Assembly: GCA_963842215.1 (NCBI GenBank)
Contig: CAWJFQ010000005.1
Coordinates: 102,344-166,343, forward strand
Reading direction: 5' to 3'
DNA: 64,000 bases
Source: an uncultured delta proteobacterium
Lineage (GTDB): Bacteria > Desulfobacterota > Binatia > Binatales > Binataceae
Shown piece by piece: positions 40,324-49,949 of the stretch. Positions within the stretch are counted from its first letter, which is position 1. Each line of letters starts with the position of its first letter. Under the pieces are notes generated by a model that did no database searches, was not told the origin of the DNA, and saw only the letters and a list, made by a program, of their open reading frames with translations. The position numbers and the translations under genes are program-made.

Positions 40324-41139
40324 TTAATGCAGTTCGCCGCCGCCGGCGACGTTGATGGTCTCGCCAGTCACGTTTTCCGCGCGACACAAATAGAGGACTG
40401 CCTCGCCGATGTCGGCCGGCGTCTGCTCGCGCTTGAGGAAGGTGTTGCGCGCGATGTATTCGTCGAAGGCCGCCTCGCGATTCACGCCGTACTGAACGCC
40501 GACGATCGGATCGAGCACGTCGGTCCACATCGCGGTGCGTAGAAATCCCGGGCAAACCGCGTTAACGCGAATGTTCACCGGACCGAGTTCTTCGGCCAGC
40601 GATTGCGTGAAGCCGACCACCGCGAACTTGCTCGCGCAGTAGGCCGAAACGCCACCATGGCCGGTCTTGCCCGCCACCGACGCGATATTCACGATCGCGC
40701 CTTCGCGCTGTTTCGTCATGTGCGGGATGCAGGCCTTGGCGCAAAGGAACGGCCCCTTCGCATTCACGGCCATCACGCGGTCCCATGCGTCTTCAGTGAA
40801 ATCGCTCACCGGACCAACCGCAATGATGCCTGCGTTGTTGACCAAAATGTCGATCGCGCCAAGTTTCGCGACAACTTCCGACGCCATCCGCTCGAGGTCG
40901 GCGAAGCGCGTCACGTCGGCGAGGATTGGAATCGCTTTGACGCCGAGTCCTTTGATCTCGTCGACGGTGCGATTCAGATCAGCTTGCGCACCGAGATTGT
41001 AGGTCAGCGCGGGGTCCGCCGGGCTACCGAGGTCGACCAGCGCCACGTTCACGCCGGCCGACGCCAGCTTGAGCGCGATGCCGCGGCCGATTCCGCGCGC
41101 CGCGCCAGTGACGACTGCGTTCTTGCCCTTGAGTTCCAT
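40324..41139 (-). CDS. SDR oxidoreductase
   Basis: TGAARGIGRG, NNAG and YCASK. Start at the second ATG (41139), behind GAGAGGA. Confidence 0.85.
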   Translation of the reverse strand: MELKGKNAVVTGAARGIGRGIALKLASAGVNVALVDLGSPADPALTYNLGAQADLNRTVDEIKGLGVKAIPILADVTRFADLERMASEVVAKLGAIDILVNNAGIIAVGPVSDFTEDAWDRVMAVNAKGPFLCAKACIPHMTKQREGAIVNIASVAGKTGHGGVSAYCASKFAVVGFTQSLAEELGPVNIRVNAVCPGFLRTAMWTDVLDPIVGVQYGVNREAAFDEYIARNTFLKREQTPADIGEAVLYLCRAENVTGETINVAGGGELH

Positions 41140-41193
41140 CAGTCCTCTCATCTAGCACGTCGGGCGGCGATGACGGTAAGCGTCCGGTAGTTC

Positions 41194-42364
41194 TTACTCG
41201 AACGCGTTCTCGCCGGTGATGTCGCGCCCGAGGATCAGCGTGTGGACGTCGAAAGTACCTTCGTAGGTGTTGACCGTCTCCAGATTCAGCATGTGACGGA
41301 TGACGGGGTATTCGTTCACGATTCCGTTGGCGCCGAGCATGTCGCGAGCGTCGCGGGCAATCTTAAGAGCCTCGTTTACGTTGTTTCTCTTGGCGAACGA
41401 GACGTGCTCCGGGCGCATCTTGCCCGTCGTCCTTTAGATGCGCGAGGCGCAGGCAAATCATCTGGGCCTTGGTGATCTCGGTCAGCATCTTGACCAGCTT
41501 GGCCTGCACCAGTTGATAACCCGCCAACGGCCGCGAGAATTGTTTGCGCGATTTGGTGTAATCGAGTGCGCAATGGAAACACGATCGCGCCGCGCCGATC
41601 GCGCCCCACGCGATGCCGTAGCGCGCCTGCGTCAGGCATCCGAGCGGACCCTTGAGGCCACGCGCCTTTTCAAGATGGGCAGTCCGGGGAATTCGCACAT
41701 CCTCCAAAATCAGCTCGGAGGTGATCGACGCGCGCATCGAGAATTTTCCGTGAATGTCGCGCGTCGAGAAACCCGGCGTCCCCTTCTCGACCAGGAACCC
41801 GGTTATGCCCTCGTCGACCCTGGCCCAGACGATAGCGATGTCGGCGATCGAGCCGTTGGTAATCCAGCGCTTGGTTCCGTTGAGAATCCATCCGTCGCCA
41901 TCGCGTCGCGCCCGCGTTTCCATCCCGCCCGGGTCCGAGCCGTGATCGGGCTCAGTCAGCCCGAAGCATCCGATCAATTTTCCCTTGGCCATCTCGGGCA
42001 AGTAGCGCTGCTTCTGTTCCTCGCTGCCGTTTGCATAAATCGCGTACATCGAAAGCGCACTCTGGACCGAGGCGAACGAGCGCAGACCCGAGTCGCCGGC
42101 CTCAAGTTCCTGCATGATGAGGCCATAGGCCACGTTGTTCATGCCTGCGCATCCGTAACCCTTAAGATTAGCTCCGAACATCCCAAGCTCGGCCATTTGC
42201 GGGATGAGATGCATTGGAAAGCTTTCACTTGCGAAATTGCGCTCAATCAGCGGTAAGATCTCGCGATCAACGAACCGTTTGGCGGTGTCGCGCGCCATCC
42301 GCTCTTCGTCGGTCAGCAGATCATCGAGATGAAAGAAATCGAGATCTCTTAACAAATCCGACAT
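41194..42364 (-). pseudogene. gcdH: Glutaryl-CoA dehydrogenase-like acyl-CoA dehydrogenase, interrupted by a 1-nt frameshift
   Basis: ORF 41363..42364 covers the N-terminal and middle domains (GCFGLTEPDHGSDPGGMET, GTKRWITNG). ORF 41194..41418 supplies the C-terminus ([33 protein letters not shown]...NTYEGT.DVH). The junction is ..LKDDG|KMRPEH.. at the CCC run 41423-41425. Confidence 0.8.
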
Positions 42365-42393
42365 GTTACGCTCCCGCGATCAGATAAGATTGT

Positions 42394-42406
42394 TTTTGCT
42401 GCAAAA
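42394..42406. promoter_or_regulatory. Palindrome TTTTGC-T-GCAAAA (T-N11-A, LysR-type box candidate) in the gcdH/LysR divergent region
   Basis: Perfect 6-bp arms nested inside GATC-N28-GATC (42378..42413), about 30 nt upstream of the gcdH ATG. Pattern only. Confidence 0.3.
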
Positions 42407-42604
42407 TGTGATCGGTATCGACTGGAATTTGAGGCCGATTGAATTGGTTCTTTCGATGACCGAAATCCTATCTGCAGTATTGTGTGCTCTTGACCTACAT
42501 GCATTCGTTCCGCAGGCTGATTGGGAGGTGAAAATCTTCCTATCACCCCTACTAGTTGCCTCACGATTTAGGTATCACGTAGCCTTATACACCAAGTCGG
42601 CGAT

Positions 42605-43600
42605 ATGCATATTGAAACGCTAAAGGTCTTCTGCGACATAATCGAAAGTGGAAGCTTTTCTTATGCCGCGTCGCAAAATTTTGTCACACAGTCGGCGGTC
42701 AGTCAGCAGGTCCGAAGCCTCGAAGAGAAGTACGACTGCCGATTGATAGAACGCGGACGGGCCGGAGTCAAACCGACGCCGGCCGGCCAGATCCTGTACG
42801 CAGCCAGCAAGGAAATCGTGCGCCGTTTCCTGGAATTGGAGAATCGCCTGCGCGAAATCGGCTCGGTCGTGGCCGGCTCGATTCGCGTCGGCACCGTTTA
42901 CAGCGTCGGTCTGCACGAACTGCCGCCATATCTGACCGAATTTCTGCGCAACTTTCCGGCCGTCAACGTACATCTGGAATACCTGCGCTCGAATAAAATT
43001 TACGAAGACCTCATCGAAGGCAAGGTCGATCTCGGCGTGGTCGCCTATCCCGCCAAGCGGAGCCAGATCGTGTCGGTGCCATTTCGGCACGATGAACTCG
43101 TGCTCGCCGTGCCCCCAGACAATCCGCTCGCCAAGCATTCAAAGGTAAACGTTGGACAGTTGCAGGGTCAGAAATTCGTCGGCTACGAGCGCGACATCCC
43201 GACCCGCAAGGCGTCCGATCGAATCCTGCGCGAGCACGGGGTCAAGCCGACGTACGCGCTCGAATTCGACAACATCGAGACCATCAAGCGTGCGGTTGAG
43301 ATCGGGCTTGGATGCGCGATAGTGCCGCGGATGACGGTCGAGAACGAGGTTGCTCGCGGCACACTGCGGATGCTGGAGTTCCAGGAAGGCACCTTCCTGC
43401 GACCGCTGGCGATCATCTACAAACGCGGCCGCGAGTTGTCGCCCGCGGTGCGTAAGTTCATCGAGGTGCTGACCACCAGCAACATCGTGCCTCGCGCTCG
43501 CGGCGACAAGACGGGCGACAAGCCTGAGCGTCCCGCGCGCGGCGAGCGGGCAGAACGCAACCTCGACTCGAGCAGCGAGAAGGCCGAGAAGACAGCATAG
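42605..43600 (+). CDS. LysR-family transcriptional regulator (GcdR-like by context)
   Basis: N-terminal wHTH MHIETLKVFCDIIESGSFSYAASQNFVTQSAVSQQVRSLE and a LysR substrate domain. Divergent from gcdH. It has a charged ~40-aa C-terminal tail. Confidence 0.88.
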   Translation: MHIETLKVFCDIIESGSFSYAASQNFVTQSAVSQQVRSLEEKYDCRLIERGRAGVKPTPAGQILYAASKEIVRRFLELENRLREIGSVVAGSIRVGTVYSVGLHELPPYLTEFLRNFPAVNVHLEYLRSNKIYEDLIEGKVDLGVVAYPAKRSQIVSVPFRHDELVLAVPPDNPLAKHSKVNVGQLQGQKFVGYERDIPTRKASDRILREHGVKPTYALEFDNIETIKRAVEIGLGCAIVPRMTVENEVARGTLRMLEFQEGTFLRPLAIIYKRGRELSPAVRKFIEVLTTSNIVPRARGDKTGDKPERPARGERAERNLDSSSEKAEKTA

Positions 43601-43624
43601 TCGCGGCAGCATGGATTGCTATCA

Positions 43625-43659
43625 ACGGCCGGGTTGTATGACTCGGCCGTTTTTGTTTT
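43625..43659 (+). terminator. Rho-independent terminator after the LysR gene
   Basis: ACGGCCGGGT-tgtatg-ACTCGGCCGT (10-bp stem with one G.U pair) followed by TTTTTGTTTT. Confidence 0.7.
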
Positions 43660-43685
43660 CTAGATAAGCGCCACCGAGGAGTGCC

Positions 43686-44852
43686 ATGACTTCAGAAGCA
43701 AAGACCTTGCTCGATTCGATTCGCGACCTCGCGCCGTCAATCAGCGCTCGCAGCTTGGATATAGATGCAGGCCGCCGGCTTCCGCTCGATTTGCTCGCTC
43801 AACTCACGTCAGCCGGATGCTTTCGCATGTTTGTTCCTAAAAGTCATGGCGGCCTCGAAGTCGATTTTCCCACCAGCATGGAAATTATCGAGACGATCGC
43901 AGCCGCGGACGGCTCGGCCGGGTGGGTCGTGATGATTGGCTGCGAGACACCGATGCTGCTGGCGCTGCTTTCGCGCAAGCACTTCGACCACCTCTACGCG
44001 AGTGGTCCCGACGTGATAATTGCCGGCGGGTTTGCGCCTCGGGGCACTGCAGAATTGACGGGCGCCGGCTATCAGGTCAGCGGGCGGTGGGCCTTCGCCA
44101 GCGGATGCCAGCATAGCGACTGGTTGTTCGGCAACTGCGTGGTGACGGAGAAAGGAAGTCCTCGTGTTGGAGCGATTTCCGGCGTGCCTGAAACTCGCGC
44201 GATGATGTTCGCGCCGGCTAAAGCACAAATCCTCGACACCTGGTCGGTAAACGGGCTGCGGGGAACCGGCAGCCACGACATCGCAGTGGAAAACCTGGCA
44301 GTGGCGGCGGATGACACCTTCGATATTTTCCTGGGACGTCCGTCCATCGCAGGACCGTCGCTGGCGGAGCCGCTGCTCTACGCGGCCTTGCATATCGGCG
44401 CAGTTGCGATCGGAATAGCGGAGCGCGCGCTTAGCGAGATAGTCGCGCTGGCCAACACCAACAAGCGCCGCCTCTACGCGAGCACGTCGCTCGCTGACAG
44501 CCCGCTCTTTCAGTATCGAGTGGGACATGCGGATGCGAGTCTGCGCGCCGCGCGCAGCCTTCTCCACGGACAGGCAGAAGCTGTGTGGAAATCCGCAGTC
44601 GCGGGCGATCCGATTTCAGTCGACGGCCGGTCGCCGGTGATGGGCGCGAACACCTGGGCGGTACACACATGCGCCGCCGTGGTTGATGCATGCTACAAGG
44701 CTGGTGGCGGGACCTCGCCCTACGACGGCTCGCCGCTGCAACGTTGCATGCGTGACATACAGACGCTGACGCAGCACGCTGGAGTGGCGGAGTCATGGCT
44801 GACGACAACCGGCGCGTGGCGTTTAGGCCGCCCGAGCAACTTCTCGGCCTAA
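43686..44852 (+). CDS. Acyl-CoA dehydrogenase-fold protein (type-2 / flavin-dependent monooxygenase-like)
   Basis: 388 aa. FRMFVPKSHGGLE, DGSAGWVVMIG and VSGRWAFASGC are typical of the ACAD-like oxygenase group. Confidence 0.7.
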   Translation: MTSEAKTLLDSIRDLAPSISARSLDIDAGRRLPLDLLAQLTSAGCFRMFVPKSHGGLEVDFPTSMEIIETIAAADGSAGWVVMIGCETPMLLALLSRKHFDHLYASGPDVIIAGGFAPRGTAELTGAGYQVSGRWAFASGCQHSDWLFGNCVVTEKGSPRVGAISGVPETRAMMFAPAKAQILDTWSVNGLRGTGSHDIAVENLAVAADDTFDIFLGRPSIAGPSLAEPLLYAALHIGAVAIGIAERALSEIVALANTNKRRLYASTSLADSPLFQYRVGHADASLRAARSLLHGQAEAVWKSAVAGDPISVDGRSPVMGANTWAVHTCAAVVDACYKAGGGTSPYDGSPLQRCMRDIQTLTQHAGVAESWLTTTGAWRLGRPSNFSA

Positions 44853-44875
44853 AATCTCAGTTTAAGTTACGCCAA

Positions 44876-46294
44876 TCAAAGCGGCGGTTTCTGATATCCA
44901 CCCAGCGCGGTTTCCGCCGCCTTCGCGACTGCGAGCACAGTCTCTTCGCCGAATGCGCGTCCTACTACCTGCAGTCCGATGGGCAGGCCGTCGCGATCTT
45001 TGCCGCACGGCACGACCGCGCCGGGTAATCCCGCGCAATTGCCCCACGCCACCGGCCAGCCCGCAAGGAAATGTGGATATTTTTTTCCGTCGATTTCGAC
45101 CTCCGTTGCGCCGTGCTTGAATGCGGTCACGCAGAAGGTTGGGCCGAGGATGATCGGATAGCGCTCCATGAACTCCGCCAGCTTGACGCGCCACACATCG
45201 CGTTCCATTGCGATTTTGAAGAATTCAGCCGCCGACTTTCCTTCGCTAACGACCATCGCATTTCGCAGCCGGTCGCGCGAAAGTTTCATGTGTTCACCCA
45301 GCGACTCGCGCATCAACTGGTTGCCGTCCGCGCCGTTGTAGGCCCACCACAGACGCTCGCCATCGTCGATCGGCGGCTTCACCGCTTCGACCACGACGCC
45401 CATCTTCTGCAGCTCGCGGCCGGCGCGCTCGATCGCGGCGCGAATATCCGACGTCACGGGAACTTCGCACGCGTCGGTAAAAATCGCGCATCGAACCTTT
45501 TTTAGATCGACTTTTTCCGGATGCGCGTCCGCGGTTGGCACCACGTAAGGCGTGCTCGGATGCGGTCCTTTCACGATGTCGTAGGCGAGCGTGAGATCGT
45601 CAACGTATCGCGCCATCGGACCTATCGTTGCCATGTGCGCAATCGGCGGCGGTGCGGCAATGCTCGGCGCCATATGGCCGCTGCAGGGAATCGTTCCCCA
45701 ACTTGGCTTGAGCCCGACGATGCCGCAGAAATGAGATGGCACCCGAATCGATCCGCGAAAATCGGAACCCATGCCCAGCGGAGACATCCCGGCTGCGAGC
45801 GCGGCCGCCTCACCGCCACTCGAGCCGCCGGGAACTCGATCATGATTCCACGGGTTGTTGGTCTGGCCGAAGACGGGATTGTCGCAGTCGTAGTCCATCG
45901 TCATTTCGGGAGTATTGGTTTTTCCGATGACGATGGCGCCGGCCGCGCGCAGCCGCGCCACTGTGGGCGCATCCTGGGTGGCGACGTGATGCTCGAAAGC
46001 TTTCATGCCCCAGGTTGAGCGCACGCCTTCGGTGATTATCGAATCCTTGATTGTGATCGGCAGCCCTTCGAGCGGGCGAATCTCACCCTTGCCGGACAGA
46101 CGCTTGTCGGAGTCCTCGGCTTCACGCGCCGCGCGCTCCTCGACCAGGGTAACAACGGCGTTGAGACCGCGGTTTGTTGTCTCGATGCGCTCGATAAACG
46201 CGTCCACCATTTCGACCGAAGAAACGTCGCGCGCGCGCAGCATGGCGGCGAGCCGATGAGCCGGAGCGAAAAAGAGATCGTCAGAAAATGCCAT
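44876..46294 (-). CDS. Amidase (amidase-signature family)
   Basis: GGSSGGEAAALAAG amidase signature with the upstream K and S-cisS context. Confidence 0.88.
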   Translation of the reverse strand: MAFSDDLFFAPAHRLAAMLRARDVSSVEMVDAFIERIETTNRGLNAVVTLVEERAAREAEDSDKRLSGKGEIRPLEGLPITIKDSIITEGVRSTWGMKAFEHHVATQDAPTVARLRAAGAIVIGKTNTPEMTMDYDCDNPVFGQTNNPWNHDRVPGGSSGGEAAALAAGMSPLGMGSDFRGSIRVPSHFCGIVGLKPSWGTIPCSGHMAPSIAAPPPIAHMATIGPMARYVDDLTLAYDIVKGPHPSTPYVVPTADAHPEKVDLKKVRCAIFTDACEVPVTSDIRAAIERAGRELQKMGVVVEAVKPPIDDGERLWWAYNGADGNQLMRESLGEHMKLSRDRLRNAMVVSEGKSAAEFFKIAMERDVWRVKLAEFMERYPIILGPTFCVTAFKHGATEVEIDGKKYPHFLAGWPVAWGNCAGLPGAVVPCGKDRDGLPIGLQVVGRAFGEETVLAVAKAAETALGGYQKPPL

Positions 46295-46381
46295 GAGAAA
46301 ATACCTCGCGTGATTCAGGGAATAGCATCGCCGGAGAGCTATTGCACGCGCCGCGCGAAGTCGGCACTCTTGCCGGATTTT

Positions 46382-46732
46382 TTACTTCAGGGCGGCGCGC
46401 AGGCGGTCGCGATCGAAGCCTGCAATCATTTCTTTGCCGGCTATTGTGATTGGGCGTTTGATTAGATTCGGTTCTTTCGCCATCAGGGCTAGCGCTTGCT
46501 CGACGGACAGCGATTTACCTGCCAGGTGCATCGCCTTGTAGGCCGGGCTGCGCGGGTTAATGAAATCGCGCGGGTCACGGCCTGCGAACAAACCCTTGAG
46601 GTCATCTGCACTGAGAGAAGCCTTCGCGTAATCGCGCTCGTCGAGATCGACGCCGAGATCTTTGCGCAGAAAGGTTCGAGCGTCGCGGCAAGTCGTGCAG
46701 GTCGATTTCCAGAAAAAACGGACCCTCTTCAT
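46382..46732 (-). CDS. ArsC/Spx/MgsR family protein
   Basis: 116 aa. N-terminal FFWKSTCTTCRDA (CxxC) and LIKRPI. Confidence 0.8.
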   Translation of the reverse strand: MKRVRFFWKSTCTTCRDARTFLRKDLGVDLDERDYAKASLSADDLKGLFAGRDPRDFINPRSPAYKAMHLAGKSLSVEQALALMAKEPNLIKRPITIAGKEMIAGFDRDRLRAALK

Positions 46733-46761
46733 GCACGACTCGCCGCGGATCGCTTACGCCG

Positions 46762-47340
46762 TTACTCGATATTCGAGCCCGATGCGGACGGACCAGCGCC
46801 ATGATCGAGCGGCTGGCCAGCCGCCGGTGGATTGGACGCCGTCGCGGCCGATGGCGGGATCGGGGTTATCGGCGCGACGCCGCCCGAACTCGCAGTTGTC
46901 GTCGTTGTGACTGACGATGAACTCGTCGACGGCATCGGCGCGATGTTGTCGGGCGGGGTAGCGGTCGGCCCGCTGAAGTTGAGCGGTTGCTGGCCCGCCA
47001 GCATCTGCGGCGTCACGACATAGTCGCCGCCAAATGAACTGCGCCACACGGTGTTGGCCGCCTGTTGGTTGCCCGCAGTCACCAGGTAAGTGCCACCGCC
47101 GACGACGCCGCCGACCACGGCGTAGGTCAGCTTGGCCGGAATGTACAGCACGTTGCACAGCAGGGCGCCCACGCCATAGCCGGCACCCGGCCAGTTCACG
47201 TTATTGTCCTGCGGTTGCGGGATCTGAGTGCCCGGCGCCGGAGGGCCGACGGTCTGCGCCGCCGCATACTGGGCCGTCATCGCTACCGTCACCGCGAATC
47301 CGATCGCGATCGCTGCCAATCTGAAAGTTGCTTTTCTCAT
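46762..47340 (-). CDS. Secreted hypothetical protein with Ser/Thr/Pro-rich tail
   Basis: Signal peptide MRKATFRLAAIAIGFAVTVAMTAQYAAA/Q, a Gly-rich hydrophobic core, and a C-terminal S/T/P low-complexity region. No family recognised. Confidence 0.55.
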   Translation of the reverse strand: MRKATFRLAAIAIGFAVTVAMTAQYAAAQTVGPPAPGTQIPQPQDNNVNWPGAGYGVGALLCNVLYIPAKLTYAVVGGVVGGGTYLVTAGNQQAANTVWRSSFGGDYVVTPQMLAGQQPLNFSGPTATPPDNIAPMPSTSSSSVTTTTTASSGGVAPITPIPPSAATASNPPAAGQPLDHGAGPSASGSNIE

Positions 47341-47373
47341 CATATCCTCCTCAACCACCTCTGGTGTAAATTG

Positions 47374-48105
47374 CTACTCGGTTTTGACCACCGCCTCGGT
47401 CGGCAGCAGCCGCATCAGGTGACTAAATGCGCGCTCGAGATAGTCGGCGTTCTTGGACTCGAGCGTCAGCTTCACGCGGTAATCAGGATCTCCGATCCGC
47501 GGATAAGAACCCAGCATCAACTCGGGAAAATTGCGCATGCAATCGTTCAGGTGCTCGGCGATGACGCCTTCGCCCGCACTCAGATAAATCGCGCGCATGA
47601 AAAACGGATCGGTCGCAAAACGGCTGCTCAGAGCGCGCAGCTTGGCCTCGAACAGTTGAGGAATTCCGGGCAGCACGTACACATTTTCGATCTGCACGGT
47701 TGGAAAGCGGATGTCGCCCGCGTCGTTGAGGACCGCGCCCTCAGGGACTTCGGCCATCTTGAGGCCCGCCTCGAGTGAACGCTCGCGGAAATGTTCGCGG
47801 ATGAGACTTTCGAGCGCGGGATTCATCACCAGGCGCCGCTTGAACGCGCGCGCGACACCTTCCATCGTGAGATCGTCGTGGGTAGGGCCGACGCCGCCCG
47901 AAGTGATCACGAAATCGAAGTTGCGCGAGCAGTACGCGACCTCGCCCGCGATCAGATCAAGTTCGTCGGGGATAGTTGCGATACGCGCGAGGGCGACGCC
48001 AATCTTGCGCAGCTCGCGAGCCGCGAAGTACGCGTTCGAGTCCTGAACCTTGCCGGAAAGGATTTCGTTACCCACCACAACCAGCGCGCAACTGCGTTCT
48101 CGCAT
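47374..48105 (-). CDS. CinA-like MoCF-biosynthesis (molybdopterin-binding) domain protein
   Basis: ALVVVGNEILSGKVQDSNAYF...FVITSGGVGPTHDDLT. Confidence 0.8.
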   Translation of the reverse strand: MRERSCALVVVGNEILSGKVQDSNAYFAARELRKIGVALARIATIPDELDLIAGEVAYCSRNFDFVITSGGVGPTHDDLTMEGVARAFKRRLVMNPALESLIREHFRERSLEAGLKMAEVPEGAVLNDAGDIRFPTVQIENVYVLPGIPQLFEAKLRALSSRFATDPFFMRAIYLSAGEGVIAEHLNDCMRNFPELMLGSYPRIGDPDYRVKLTLESKNADYLERAFSHLMRLLPTEAVVKTE

Positions 48106-48192
48106 TCGACTTGCAGGCTCCTTGCGCGATCCGCCTCAGTAACCATTATCGCAAGTGGCGGCTACCAGCGGCAATGGGGTAAGCAGCGATAG

Positions 48193-49344
<1,152 letters not shown>

Positions 49345-49446
49345 AGACTGGCTCCAGCGTCACCAGAAATGCTGGCCGAGATGTGGACATCGAGCCGTCG
49401 ATGGCGACGAGCCGTGTCGTTTGCTGTTGGATCGATCTTACCCCGG

Positions 49447-49641
49447 TCAGGCGTCGGGTTCTTCGATCGTAACCTTGCCGGCGGCGATTTCGCGCAACGC
49501 CGTCACCACTTCTTTGTTGTCCGATTCCACCAGTGGCCGCGCGCCCTTGAGTAGCTGTTTAGCGCGCCGCGCCGCGCCGAGCACCAGCTCGAAACGGTTG
49601 GGGATATTTTCCAGGCAATCTTCAACGGTAATTCGTGCCAT
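49447..49641 (-). CDS. rpoZ: RNA polymerase omega subunit
   Basis: [30 protein letters not shown] is the canonical RpoZ N-terminus. Confidence 0.92.
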   Translation of the reverse strand: MARITVEDCLENIPNRFELVLGAARRAKQLLKGARPLVESDNKEVVTALREIAAGKVTIEEPDA

Positions 49642-49949
49642 TGCCCTCAATTGTCCGGCGCGCGGCGTCTCTTGTCAACGCGCCGTGGCGTCAGAGCATG
49701 CGGTAGCGAGAGAGAGATCGTTTATTTTCACGTGGAATCTGCGCTGGGTCCGATTTTCCCATTTCCTGTTGCACCAAGGCACTACACTGCGTCGGGCCAA
49801 TGGAGTAATAACAAATTGTAGAGAATTATAACTGACGCGCAGTGGATTGAATTGATCCAGCTGAGATTTGTCGCGAGTTCGCGGTTCTTTTGCTGCTGAT
49901 GAATCGATTGGTTTCCTAATTCGTTTATCACAAGGGAGGCTCCGTAGGC

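Noticed and set aside
49775-49800. Sigma-54 promoter-like GGCAC...TGC upstream of the S53 peptidase, plus other TGGCA hits at 21677, 33805, 54503 and 59103
   Set aside because: The GG-to-GC spacing is 9 instead of 10, or the -12 TTGC element is missing. None fits TGGCAC-N5-TTGCW.
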